A stretch of 43,752 nt of DNA, the filler included, from Jimgerdemannia flammicorona (Eukaryota), in NCBI GenBank assembly GCA_003990765.1. It is 2 parts of 2 records of this genome, joined end to end, with 100 filler letters (N's around TTAATTAATTAA, not from the genome) between each part and the next. Parts side by side here need not be neighbours in the genome. Positions count along the whole stretch, not along the records: positions 1 to 21,830 come from RBNJ01001384.1; positions 21,931 to 43,752 come from RBNJ01001385.1. One strand, written 5' to 3'. Below the pieces are notes generated by a model. That model was not told where the DNA came from. It worked only from the letters and a program-made list of their open reading frames with translations, and did no database searches. Below are positions 10,642 through 22,704 of this stretch, piece after piece (positions within the stretch are counted from its first letter, which is position 1; every line of letters begins with the position of its first letter). A program made the position numbers and the translations under genes.

Positions 10642-10959
10642 GATTTTCACCTGAATGAGATCCTGATAGCTTAATAAAATAAATTAACATATAGTTGAGT
10701 TACCAATTTTTATAAATTCAGTATACATTAATTCCAAGAAATATATATATATTGGGTAATGTATATATCAATAGTGAAGAATATTTAACCAGATATATTT
10801 TATTTTCAAATAAATAAATCAAAATAAGTTTAATTCAAAGTTATTCAACTTTGAAATATTTGAATTCATATTCAATATTAAAATATTAAATCTTACCTAT
10901 AGTTTAATTTTGACAGTATTATATTTTCATTAAAAGACCAGTCTAATTTTATTTTATAT

Positions 10960-11940
10960 AGTTCCAGTAGAAGGAATAGTAATGTCCAATTTCAGAAGGC
11001 AAAAAAGATCTTTTAGCTCTGAATTCTCAACAACTGTAAAAGGCTGGCTATTATAGATAATTCAGTAAACAAGTTTGTCTTGAAATAACTTTATAGAGAA
11101 TCTTGGCTATTAAGAGAATTATCAAGTAGTAATGAATTAATAAAAAGAAGAAAAAAAAAAAAAACAGACAAGTTATATAAAAATCATACTTTTGAAAAAA
11201 TAACTCTATCACTCCTATTTGATAACTCTTATGAAATTTGTCCACAAATCTGTTGTTGAGCCACCAATAGCATTATATAATACTTTATAGTAGTTATATT
11301 TAATTTAAATATCTTTATTTTTCTTATACTTCTTTGTGAACTCCTTCTAAATACTAGATCACTTATAATAGTTCTAGTTTCTTTAAGAGAAAGTAGCTAA
11401 ATCTGAAAGTTCTAGTTGGCCTAAAGTAGCTCAAAGAGATACTTAAAAATTCAAGTATTTTTAAAGGATTTCTGAGAGAAAATATTCTGAGCTTTATTCA
11501 GGTAGAGAATAAGAATATTTATATATGATCTTAAAGAAAGATCCAGAAGGATCTTGAAAAGAAAGAGAAATGACAAGAAATAAGTTCTTGGTAAAGCTGA
11601 CTAATACTATTCTACAATATTCCAAAAGGTTCCATAACTAGCTAAAACAAGATACTTGGCACCAAGGAAAGACAAGAATATTCTAGTAGTATCTGAGTAC
11701 CAAGAGAAGGTTTCTAAGTAAGTAGAAGGTGGTGGAACATAGTAGAATGTTCAAGAAATGATAAGAAAAGACCACAAAAATATACTAAGACTAAATATGA
11801 CTGTGAAATTATTACATCACCCTTATACTTTTCTTTTCCTTTCTCAGATAAGATTATACTTATTGAAGCTAGACTTATTGAAGCTAGACTTGTTGAAGCT
11901 ATATTTGATACTGAGGCTATTGTCATAGTATCTTTTATAG
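10960..11940 (-). pseudogene. hAT-superfamily transposase relic (BED finger plus adjacent region), split by a solo LTR
   Basis: Minus strand: SSI*KEFTKK; KYNYYK...GGSTTDLW (decayed BED CxxC); LFQDKLVY*IIYNSQPFTVVENSELKDLFCLLKLDITIPS, typical of Ac/hAT transposases. Confidence 0.7.
11364..11816. repeat. Solo LTR of Gypsy family B with 5-bp TSD
   Basis: Homologous to 19833-20291; ends TATAATA...ATTATTACA; flanked by TCACT/TCACC. Confidence 0.85.
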
Positions 11941-12272
11941 AGAGTATAAAAGGTACTTCTGGTATAATTACTTTAAGAGAGTATGTATATATATATTATA
12001 AGTTATATTATATATATGTAATTGGAATTATAATATTTAGTTTTGAATTTCGAATTCAATTTGATTTGAATTGTAACTAGATTCAATTCAAATTGAATTC
12101 CAAATTAAATTTGAACTCTGAATCAAATTTCAAATTTAATTTGCTTCAAATTGTGACTTAATTCAATTTAAATTAAATTAGACTCTAATTTAAATTAGTT
12201 TGAATTAAATTGACCCTCAATTTGATTTGACTTGAATTGAATTAACCCTTAATTTGATTTATTCTAAGTACA

Positions 12273-13082
12273 ATATATATTTACAAAGCTACTAAAAATT
12301 TCTATGGAAATTCTTATAGAAATTTCTATAGAATTTCTAACTAATAGGCATAGTTATCTAAAATAGTTTAACTATATATATATATATTCGGTATACTATA
12401 TTTAGTTATAGTTTCAAATATATATAAATATTCTCTATACTAAATATATTGAAATCTCAGCTCTGCTTTCTCTAAATATAAAAATAAAGTAGTATTCTTA
12501 TTATAGAACTCTCAGATCTAACTTGTTAATAATTTTGAATCTGATCAACTTGGGATACAAGTACAGTACTTCTACTAGTATATATGTATAAGAACTCAAA
12601 AGTGATATCTGAACTTTATTGTAATAGATAATTAGAACTCAGTGCTTCTTTAAGAGTACTAAACTTAGAGCTAATGATTATCTACAATATATTAATTCTA
12701 TTATTATATATGTTATTTTATTATATCATATAATCTAATGAGTGATAATATTATGAATAAGTAATATATGAGATAAATAAGACAAATAAGACAAATATAG
12801 AAAATAATATACTAAATTTTCTAAATACTAAAGTCTATACTAGTAGTATAGTAACTATATTACTTAATTAATATATTATCAAAAGTGATTATACTGATCA
12901 TAAAACCAAAAGTAATTATCTTAAATATAAAAGATATTCCTTTTGTAAATAAACAACTAAAACAGTTATATATCTAATTAGTTGTATATAAATAGCCAGA
13001 AAACTGTGAAATAGTACTTAGCTAATATATATAAATATATATATATCTTAGCAATTATATTTAAAATAAACTAGCTATTAGT
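12273..13082. mobile_element. Decayed copy of the long-TIR non-autonomous element also seen at 26974-27614
   Basis: Shares the AGAAATTTCTATAGAATTTC...GTATACTATATTTAGTTATAG arm and the internal TGATCAACTT region, in inverted orientation relative to the other copy. Confidence 0.6.
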
Positions 13083-15027
13083 TAAGTACAAATCTCTCTC
13101 CATATATACTTCTCTGAGTTTCTTAGTAATAAACTCTAAGTTACTTAACTTTTACCAGAACTAAGAACTAGTATAAAAATCTAAAAAAAAAATCTCTTTG
13201 AATTTAAATTATAAGAGATTTAGTCAGTATATAGTAAGAATAAGTTCTTATAACTATAGTTATTAATAAAGGATAATATCTTATTTCTATATAAAGAAAC
13301 AGTACTTTTCAATCTTAGTAAATACTACTAAGTAAAAGAACAATTGAAAGGCTTCTTGATATATATATATATTAAGTCTCTAAGTAATATCTTATTATCT
13401 ATATCATCTAAGAATATAAGAGAGATTGAAATAAGTATTATTATATAAGAGATCTTAAAGGATTTCTAGAGAAAAATGAGCTGAGCTTTATTTAAGCAAA
13501 AGATAAAAATACTTATACAGGTCTAAAAGAAGGATTTAAGAATCTTGAAAATAAAAGAAAAGGCCAAAAAATAGATTCTCAGCAAAGATGACTAATAGAA
13601 TTCTACAATGTTCCAAAAAGGTTCTATAATTAGCTAAGATAAGATACTTAGTACTAAAAAAAGATAAGAATGTTCTAGTAAAGTCTTAGTACTAAGAGAG
13701 AATTTTTAAGTAATTAAAAGATACTAGAATACTATAGAATATTTAAGAAAAGATAAAAAAAGACTAGAGAAAAGATATAAAAATAGACTATAACTAAGAA
13801 ATACTAAGATATTATTATATCTCTCTCTCCTTAAGAATTAATATCCTTATTGAGTTTTTAAGATTATATAAAAATAGTTATACTTAATCAAAATTTCTCA
13901 AACTTATATAGATATTATTATAAAAAGTTAGTCACTTTGTATATATATATAAGATAAGAGCTAAAGACTTAGTAGTTTGAGATTTGAACTACTTAGAGAA
14001 AAACTCTTGTTATTCTAAGTAAGCTTACTATATATAGTAGTAACTATATCTGTACATAAAAGTATATCAAGTTAGTAAGTAATAATAAGAGTATAAATTT
14101 GTATTTTAAAGTCTTAAATAAGATCTTGAGCATTCTTGAGATTAATTAATAGTTTCTAAGTAGTATCATATTTAGAGTAGTCTATTTATTTGACCAGATA
14201 TTCAGGTTAATAGTAGTGAATTTACTTGTTAAGAATTTTCTCAGTCTTATATTCAATATAGTCTTTAATAATTATAGATGTAGATAGCTTAAAAATTTGA
14301 ATAAGGTAGAGTAATAACTAGTTTCAGACCTTGAGGTGAGATATATAGAAGACTGAATATACTAGATAATTTGAAATAGTAGGTATTTATAGAAACTTAT
14401 TCTGTAATCTTAAAGTGTTTAATAAACTTAGATTGAAACTTATTTGATAGATAGTTAACTTTTAATTATATATATATATCTTGAGATTCTTAGTTAACAG
14501 AAGAACTTGATTACTGATAGTATAAATAGTATTACAATATTTCTTATTAGTATACTTAGTTTGAGATAGTTATATTATAAAGTTCATTGTAACTTATTCA
14601 AACTTCTTAATAGAAATTAAAAGTAATTGAAATAGATCAACTAGTACTTAATTACTAGATTTGTTATATTGATAAAAATCATAACTAGTAATATAGTACT
14701 TAATTTCCTTGATTATATTGAGCTAATAGTAGTGATGTTGAAGGTTCTTGATAATTTTCTCAATTTTAAGTTAACTAGTAAGTAGAAAGTTATAATGTAC
14801 TTATAATATCTTATAGCAAAGTTCTATATTATCTAATAGGTAGACTTTGTCTTAATAGTAGATCAGGTTATTCTTGAGAGTATATATATCTTTGAGCTAT
14901 TTGAGAAATACTAGTAGTAATAATGTCTTTCTTATAAACTTGTCTAATTTGGTCTAGAAATTCTAGCATTAAGGTAACTTGTATTACTATAGTAATATCT
15001 AGATATCTTAATAAGGTATCTGATACT

Positions 15028-15369
15028 TAGTGCTTCTAAATGAATTAAATAAATTTGAATCAAATAGAATTGAGAATTATTTAAATCAAATTAAATTGGA
15101 AATTTTTTAATTCAAATAAATTTCAATTTAAATTGAATTATAAATCTAATTTAAACCCTATTTTTAGAAATATGATAACTCAATAAAAACATATCCAAAT
15201 TAAATTATCTTTAGTTTATTAGATTTACCTTATATAGAGAAATCTAATAAGCTAAAGATTATTAAATTTAGACATATATGTATTTATCAAGTTATTATAT
15301 TTTGAAAAATAGAGTTTGAATTGAATTTTGAATAGAATTAGCCTTTGATTCAATTCATTGGGAGTACTA
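15028..15369. mobile_element. hAT-type foldback MITE (TAGTGCT...GAGTACTA) with 8-bp TSD
   Basis: Whole-element palindrome with TSD CTGATACT/CTGGTACT. Sister copies at ~15611-15895 and 18179-18518. Confidence 0.85.
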
Positions 15370-15610
15370 CTGGTACTACAAGTATCTTGCCAGGCTTATA
15401 GATAATTGTCAGATTAAAGGTTTGAAGTTTCTGACTTCACTTGGCTTATTAATATAATAGGGTAAATTAAGTATTAATATACTTAAGAGATTGATGATAA
15501 ATAATAATATCAAACTCAATATCTTTTAGATAATATCTCTAGTGGTCTAGGGTATATATAATTGTCAGTAATTATTTTTTATGAGTAGTTAACTTCTGTT
15601 CTGCTAATAG

Positions 15611-15895
15611 TAGTATTTCTAATAAATCAAATCAAAGGTCCAACTCAATTTGCTTTGAATCAAATTAAATTCTAATTCAATTTGAAATTCAATTTGAACT
15701 TTATTTTTTGAAATATAATAACTCAATAAATATATATATCTAAATTTAATAATCTTTAGCTTATTAGATTCTTCTATATAAGGTAAATCTAATAAGTAAA
15801 ATATTATTAAATTTTGATATATTTTTATTAAGTTATTATATTTTTAATAATAGAGTTCAAATTGAACTTTTGATTTAATTCAATTGAATATACTA
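15611..15895. mobile_element. hAT-type foldback MITE, same family, inverted
   Basis: Homologous to 15028-15369, with the central AATCTTTAGCTTATTAGATT...AATCTAATAAG palindrome. TSD unclear. Confidence 0.75.
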
Positions 15896-17638
15896 TAGTA
15901 AGATAATGAGATAGTATTTCTTTCTATAATCTTGTAATAAGACTACTCTAATAGTGAAATTTAAGATATATATCAGTAGTAACTTTGAATTTTAGATTTG
16001 AATTAGGATTTTACAGTACTAGAATATTGGTCAGGTAGTTTTTGAGTTCTTGGAATACTTATTGATAAAAGAGATCTCAGATATAAGATATATATATAGT
16101 TCTCTGAGTGTATTATCTTCTTTATTAGATTTATGAGAGGTTTGCTATTCTTAGAGAGTTTCTGATAAAGCAGTAGTAATAGTCAGCTAGGTCAAAAAAG
16201 AATCTAAGTTCTGTGAGATTTGCTAGCTCAGACTATTCTTAGATTATCTTTATCTTATATAGATTTACTTAAATTCCTTGAGTAGAGATAATATAATCAA
16301 GATATATATTCAACTTGTTTCTTGAAAAATTTATATTTCTTGAGTTTATTATATAATTTATAATCTTATAGAATTTTCAAAATAAGATAGATATCCTTAA
16401 AGTGTTCTTCTTTAAGTATACTAAAGATTACAATATTGTTAAGATATATCAATAGGAAAATAAAAATTAGTTTTTGAATATCTTATTCATGAGAGTCTAG
16501 AATATTATAGGCATATTAGTATAACTAAATACTAGAACTAAGAATTTGTAAAGTTTAAAGAGAGCTATAAAAGTAGTCTTGGAGATATCTTCTAGCTTGA
16601 TTCAAATTTAGTAATATTTAGATATAAGGTCTAGCTTAGTGAAGTACTTAGTATTCTTAAGAGTATTGAAGATCTGATCAATGAGTAGTAGTAGATACTA
16701 GTTCTTAACTATAGACTTATTAAGTATATATATAATAATCTATATATATTTATAAAGTTCTATTCTTCTTTTAATAAAAAGAACTAGTGAGTTATAGAGA
16801 GACTTACTGGGCTGAATAACTCCTCAGATAAGTAGTTCTTCTAGTTCTTTCTTAACTACTTCTATTTTAAGAGATAATATATAGTATAAGATAGTATGAT
16901 TCTAAGGATCAGTTTAATTTTATAATCTATTTTTCATACAGAGAGTAGGCTAGATGACTTGTCTAGAAAGATATCCTTGAATTCTTCTAATAATAACTTG
17001 ATACTTTTATTGATTAACAGCTTTTTGTCTTATTTTTTGAGACAATAATAGTGATAAAAACATATACTACTTTCTTGAGTATTTTCTTATACTATATTAT
17101 TGATAGGATTATAATCTGAGATTTGTTTACTGACTTGTCCAACTTGATAGTAATATTGACTCTATCTTGTAATAGATAACTTTATTTTTACACTAATTGA
17201 TATTCAGATTATACTTAGTGAGTCAGAGTTTTCCTAAAATCAGATTATATTCTGAATATATATTTCTGAATCTTGATGAGTATTTTAACAGCAATTGACT
17301 CAATAATATATAGTATACTATCTGTATAACTATTCTATCATTTCTGAGTATAGACTTAGTGAGAATCTTGAGAGTTTCAATAAGGTTCTGATTGATAAAG
17401 TTACTAGCTGCTCTACTATTAATAAGTACTCAAACATCTTTTTCTTTGACTAGTTCTTTAAAGATAAGTATTACTTGAACTTAGTTTTCAGATAGACTTA
17501 CTACTTAGTCTATATATAAATACTTCTAAAGTCTTTCTGATCTTACTGGGTTGAAGATAGTTCTTAAACTTCTATGATCTTAAATTGACTTACTTCTTCT
17601 AAGATTATTTGTACAACTCAGTCTTCCTTCTTAACTAT

Positions 17639-18115
17639 TGTGACAGACAGCCAGATTTGGAAGAAGGAAATAGGGAATAGACACTTGATCACACCCATTC
17701 CCAAAGAAGTATAGCATTATAGTTAGCAGTCCTCGATTTTGACATTGTCTAATTTCTTAGACATTGTCTAAATTTTAGACATTATCCAAATCGGATACCC
17801 TGATTTAGTATAGCATTTAGACATTGTCCAAATGTTTCGACAAAGTCCAAATGACTCATTTATTACTTAGCCACCCTCTCATAGCTAGCAAACTTGTATA
17901 AATAACCCAGTATCTTTGAGTGAATAAACCTCAGATCGAAATAGTTCAAAAAGCAAAGAGATAGCAAAGGAACTAGTAAGCCTGTGGGCAGATACACTTC
18001 GAACTCACCCACCCTCCCCTGCAACTTCAAGAGACTCTGCGAGAGTCAGAACAGTCAAGTTTTCAAGATACAAAAATCCAACGTACTTTCAAGAGTAAGT
18101 GTCCACTACGTTACA
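17639..18115 (+). repeat. Solo LTR with 4-bp TSD
   Basis: TGTGAC...GTTACA termini, CTAT on both sides, TATAAATA and AATAAA inside. Retains CpGs, so it is younger than its host. Confidence 0.88.
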
Positions 18116-18178
18116 CTATATAATTCTAGTTCTTTTGATTAATAAGCAGAACTTGAACTTATTTTCAATAGTCTGGAT

Positions 18179-18518
18179 TAATACTCCTAAATAAATTAAA
18201 TCAAATTGGGAATTTTTCAATTTAAATAAATTTTGAATCAAATCAAATTCAAATCAAATCAAGAATCTAATTTAAACCCTATTTTTAGAAATATAATAAC
18301 TTAATGATATTATGTCCAAATTTAATAATCTTTAGCTTGTTAGATTTGTCTTATATAGAGGAATCTAATAAGTATAAGACTATTAAATTTAGACATATAT
18401 TTATTAAGTTATTATATTTTGAAAATAGAGTTCAAATTAAATTTCAAATTAAATTAGCATTTGATTCAATTTATATCAAATCAAATTGGACCTTCAATTC
18501 AATTCATTGGAAGTACTA
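18179..18518. mobile_element. hAT-type foldback MITE with decayed 8-bp TSD
   Basis: Same family as 15028-15369. Flanks GTCTGGAT/GTCCAAGT are both derivable from GTCCGGGT by C>T/G>A. Confidence 0.8.
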
Positions 18519-20490
18519 GTCCAAGTTATATAATAACATCAGTACTAATATCTAAATAATAATTGATGCTGAGTCCTAATCTGGATATAATTCTTATATA
18601 GTAGTCTTCTAAATATTAGATTATAATTTTAGTAGATATTAGGGTTCTTCTTTTGCAGAAATAGTGACTTGTTTGACCAAATATAGATCAAGACCAATGA
18701 TTTTTTTTGATTGATATTGAAAAATCTGAGTCTTTGAGTATAGCTCCTTAATCTTAAGTTTTAACTGATTGATAATAAAGTTGATAGATATGTCTTTGGA
18801 CAATACAGTGACTGGTCTTACAGATTTACTTATCTTCTTAGCATATTTAAATATAATATATTCTATCTGGTTATAGAAGAAATATACTTCTAACTTCTTT
18901 AGATATTTCTTCTTTTCAAAAGTAAGCTTGGTATATTTCTTTTTTATGAAATCTAAGTCTATTAGAGCTGATTCTACAATTCTAAACTAGTTCTTATTAT
19001 AGTTCTCAAAGTAATTATTTTATAGTATTCTGGTTCAAAGTAGTGACTATAAATGATAATATCAAATCTATCAGTTATTTTTATAGTTTCTTTAAGAAAT
19101 TTTGGCTCTTCTAACTCAATCTTAACTCATGTATTTTCTTTAAGTCTTAGACATAGTAGTTAATTTCCTTATCTTTAGTAATATCACATAGTTTCAAGAG
19201 AATTGATAAAAATTATATATTGTAACTTTATATAAACTTGAGTTATTTGATATTTGCTAGCTTATCTCTAACTATTTTAATAGTATTAGTAGACTTGAAC
19301 TACTTGTAGAGCTTTTTTGAAAACTGCTCAATCTTTCACTCTTATCTCTCAATAGCTAGATATAGTTATAATATAATTATATTACTATACTATAGTATTT
19401 TCTCAGAGAAGAGTAGTGGTAAATTAGACTTATATATATATCTTCTTCTATTTTTATAAGTTTATAGTATTAGTCTAATAATTAGAAAGTTTAGTTATCT
19501 ATAGACAGTTCTTCTCAGTAGTCATTAAAGATATCTAGTTTGGATAACTTGAAACTGACAGATATAATTATAGAGTATACTGATGTTATATTTTTTATTT
19601 TCTATTATTCTAGCTATACTAATAGATATCAGAGCTAGTGTACTATAGTAGTAATTATTTCTATTAGATCTACTTATATTTCTAGATCTATATCTTCTAT
19701 TATAGTAAGTTTTGGCTGATTGGTTAGTTTTTCATAATTTATTTTAAGTTTATATAACTAGTTATAATTAGTTTCTAAATTTGTATAAGATTATTTAATA
19801 AGATAAGATATAACTTTACTACTGCTACTAAGTGTAATAATTCTAGTTTCTTTAAGAGAAAGTAACTAAATCTGAAAGTATTTTGATAGATCTAAAATAT
19901 ATAGCTCAAAGAGATACTTATAGGTTTAAAATATTTTAAAAAATTTTTAGAGAAAAATAAACTAAACTTTATTTATAAATATTTTTATAGATCTGTAAGA
20001 AATATCTAAAAGAATATTAAAAATAAAAGAAAAAGCTAAGAAATAAGTTTTTAGTAAAGATAACTAATAGAATTCTACAATATTTCAAAAGATTTTATAA
20101 CTAGCTAAGATAAGATACTTAGTACTAAAAAAAAGACAAAAATATTCTAGTAAAGTCTTGATATTAAGAAAGAATTTCTAAGCATTCAGAAGATACTGAA
20201 ATATTATAGAATATTTAAAAAAAGATAAGAAAAGACTAAAGAAAAAATATAAAAATATACTATAACTAAAAAATACTAAAAAATTATTACAAATAAAATT
20301 TTTTATTTAGGAGAAAGTTGTAATAGTTATAATAGTTGAACTAATTAAAAATAACAATTAAGGAATAGATATTTGATTATGATATCTAAATCTAATTTAT
20401 AATATTATATATAGTTTAGCAGTCACTTAATTTTATAGTTATATAATTTATACAATTATGTATATAAAAAGTATAATTATTTAAAGCTTG

Positions 20491-20604
20491 CCCATATAGG
20501 GCTATTCACTCAAGAAGATAGTGTCATCCTTGTGCAGGGGCCATACTAATCTTCTCTGTATCATTTCAATTTTTTTAAGTGTTAGCGATCTCGAAGGACT
20601 TGAC
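20491..20604 (-). pseudogene. U6: U6 snRNA retrocopy
   Basis: Minus strand GTCCTTCGAGATC...ATTGAAATGATACAGAGAAGATTAGTATGGCCCCTGCACAAGGATGACAC, i.e. the ACAGAGA box and ISL with C>T hits. Direct repeats at 20470-20490 and 20605-20625. Confidence 0.92.
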
Positions 20605-21830
20605 AGTATAATTATTTAAAACTTACAATTGTATATATTTTATAAATATATAGATCTCTCAACTATATAAAATAACTTATAGAAAAAAAAATCTTAACTT
20701 AGTTATTATATATACTTATTAGAAAACAGCTCCTTTCTCCACTATCTTACCAGTTACAAGATTTGGTAGGTGACCTTCCAAGTCCCCTTTCCCCTATTAT
20801 TACCCCCTCTACCTCAGGTTGGTTTGCTGTGCCTGCAGGGACATAGTGGGAGGAGGGCAATAGTGATGAGTTGCCCCTTTATCAGTGTCAGATCAGTGCT
20901 TTCTCTACTTTTTTGCGGATTCTGGTGCCTTCGGCTGCATCTGGGGTGTACCTGTTTTGGTGCGGTGCCTTCTTCCTTTTGCCGTCACCAACAAGGTGTT
21001 GTCTTGGTGTGTCTCGGGCTACGTAGGGAGTCAGCCGACCTTGGGCATCAAGTGCTCAGTGTAGGTTACCTGCAGGTCCTCAGTGCCTGTGGTGGGGCCC
21101 TCTGACTTTGGCAAGCTTCCTGGCGAGTGCGGTTCTGGCATAGGTGACTGCTTTTCAGGTGTTGTCGGGATGGGAGAGGAGATGGCCATCACAGATAGGC
21201 GGAAGGGTGATAATAGTGAACCAGTAGGGTACTAGGCTGGGGGCAGTTATTGGGGCTAGGGCAGGTGCTGCTTCAGTGGGGCCTTTTGATTGATGCAGCG
21301 TGGTTAGGTGGTAGGTGTCACTATTGGCTTCTTTTGGCAGTCAGCGGGGTTGGGCCCCAGTCGTCAGAGAGGATCAGAAGGCCCGAGGCTACCCATTTCA
21401 GGCATCTTGGCTGCACTCAACTGGAACTGGGAGCTGACACAGCAACGTGATCGAGGCATGCAGGCTTGAGTAGTGGGGTATTGGGGATTTCCTCCCACCT
21501 CATGTATAAGTCCTTTACTTACCTCAACTGGGAGAACCAGGCTCTACCCACTGTATTGTACTTTGATGAGGGTTTTTTATTTGCCTGTCATTCTCGTTAA
21601 GGTGGCAGAGGCTATTCTATTCGGCTTGGGCATAGTCTTGTATATACATTGGGTTCTCAGGCATGCACTTTCGGTTGTTGGTATATGGTTGGGTTTCCCC
21701 TGATAGTAGGGAGAGCATGGTGTGCAGAATGAGATGCAGGCCTATCGGCCCTACTGTGTCTGGCATGATCGAGCTGCTGGACAATAGCTAGCCTAGATTA
21801 ATGGGGGGGCAGTACTTGGTGGGTGGTGGG

Positions 21831-21930
21831 NNNNNNNNNNNNNNNNNNNNNNNNNNNNNNNNNNNNNNNNNNNNTTAATTAATTAANNNNNNNNNNNNNN
21901 NNNNNNNNNNNNNNNNNNNNNNNNNNNNNN
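21831..21930. other. Assembly gap with artificial TTAATTAATTAA spacer
   Basis: 100-base N block with a central 12-mer that gives stops in all six frames. Confidence 0.95.
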
Positions 21931-22249
21931 CACAAAAAAAAAAAAAAAAAAAAAACTCCATCTACCTACTGCTCGCGATCACGATAATGTTCTCCTCTCT
22001 AACCTCCGCCTGCATGCGCACGCTTGAGTGGAGGCGTACCAAGGAAACTTAATTACGTGAGATAAATATCATTAAGAGTTGAGCCTGATGATGTCTACGC
22101 GCAGAATGACAATAATAACCAAGAGGCTTCTAGCCACCGTGGAATATTTTCGGAATGATCCTAAGAACGATTCCGAAATGACCCCAAGATACGAAGTTAT
22201 GTCATAGAAAAACAACAGTCAATATCACATGACGGAAATCAAGACTGCT

Positions 22250-22704
22250 TTAAGCATCACGTGTTTCGGCTATCAGTGATTCTGTCACGTTCCAAAAATG
22301 GCTGGTGTGAAACCATACCGACTGAAAAAATGTATACGAAAACCGCTTTGGTCTAGTCAAAGCGCTCATCAACGAAATCCCAGAATGTTGCGGTCGCAGT
22401 CTCTGCGCTCCACTGATTTTGAGGTGCTTCAACATCTCCTTTCGATTCTTGCTGTTCTCGAAGCTTTTTGCTTTGCTCGCCACCAGGCTCTCTGGCTCTG
22501 AGTTCGGGAACCGCAAGTCAAGTACTACGAAGCTACCCCAGCGTTTTCGATTCTTCACAAGGACCTGGTCGTGGATCATCTGGATGAAGAGCACTACAAA
22601 CACACCATACACCTCCACCGTAGGCTAAGGCTGGATACTTCATCTTCACGAGGTGCGCGGGACCGACGTTTTGAGGCACGACAGTGAGATAATGCGTTGC
22701 CCAT
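22250..22704 (-). pseudogene. Frameshifted paralog of the 25273-25758 gene
   Basis: ATG at 22704, MGNALSHCRASKRRSRAPREDEVS, then a frameshift near 22620 into VYGVFVVLFIQMIHDQVLVKNRKRW...VLDLRF...KEML. Further shifts occur before FWDFVDERF*. Confidence 0.85.

Larger units (their letters stand above)
17520..18757 (-). pseudogene. dut: dUTPase domain of family B element, split by a solo LTR and a MITE
   Basis: Minus strand: LKIKELYSK...IGLDLY, RIISRLGLS, DISTDVI | PDY*K*VQVLLIN | KKED*VVQIILE...*DQKDFRS. These are motifs 1-5 once G>A/C>T changes are reverted. Confidence 0.75.
13455..20291 (-). mobile_element. Heavily hypermutated Ty3/Gypsy chromovirus (family B) with dUTPase
   Basis: LTRs at 19833-20291 (TGTAATAAT...ATTATTACA) and partial 13455-13819; PPT complement at 13820-13830. 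Decayed chromodomain (PEYLVK*IDY) at ~14110-14260, RT (IDQIFNTLKNTKYFTKLDL) at ~16580-16760, PR (VLINSRAASN) at ~17400-17430. Confidence 0.88.

Noticed and set aside
20770..21830. G-rich, CpG-poor segment with short ORFs
   Set aside because: Probably a decayed retroelement piece truncated by the gap, but no diagnostic motif could be read.
21875..21886. TTAATTAATTAA palindrome inside the Ns
   Set aside because: Artificial contig linker; adjacency of the two sides should not be interpreted.
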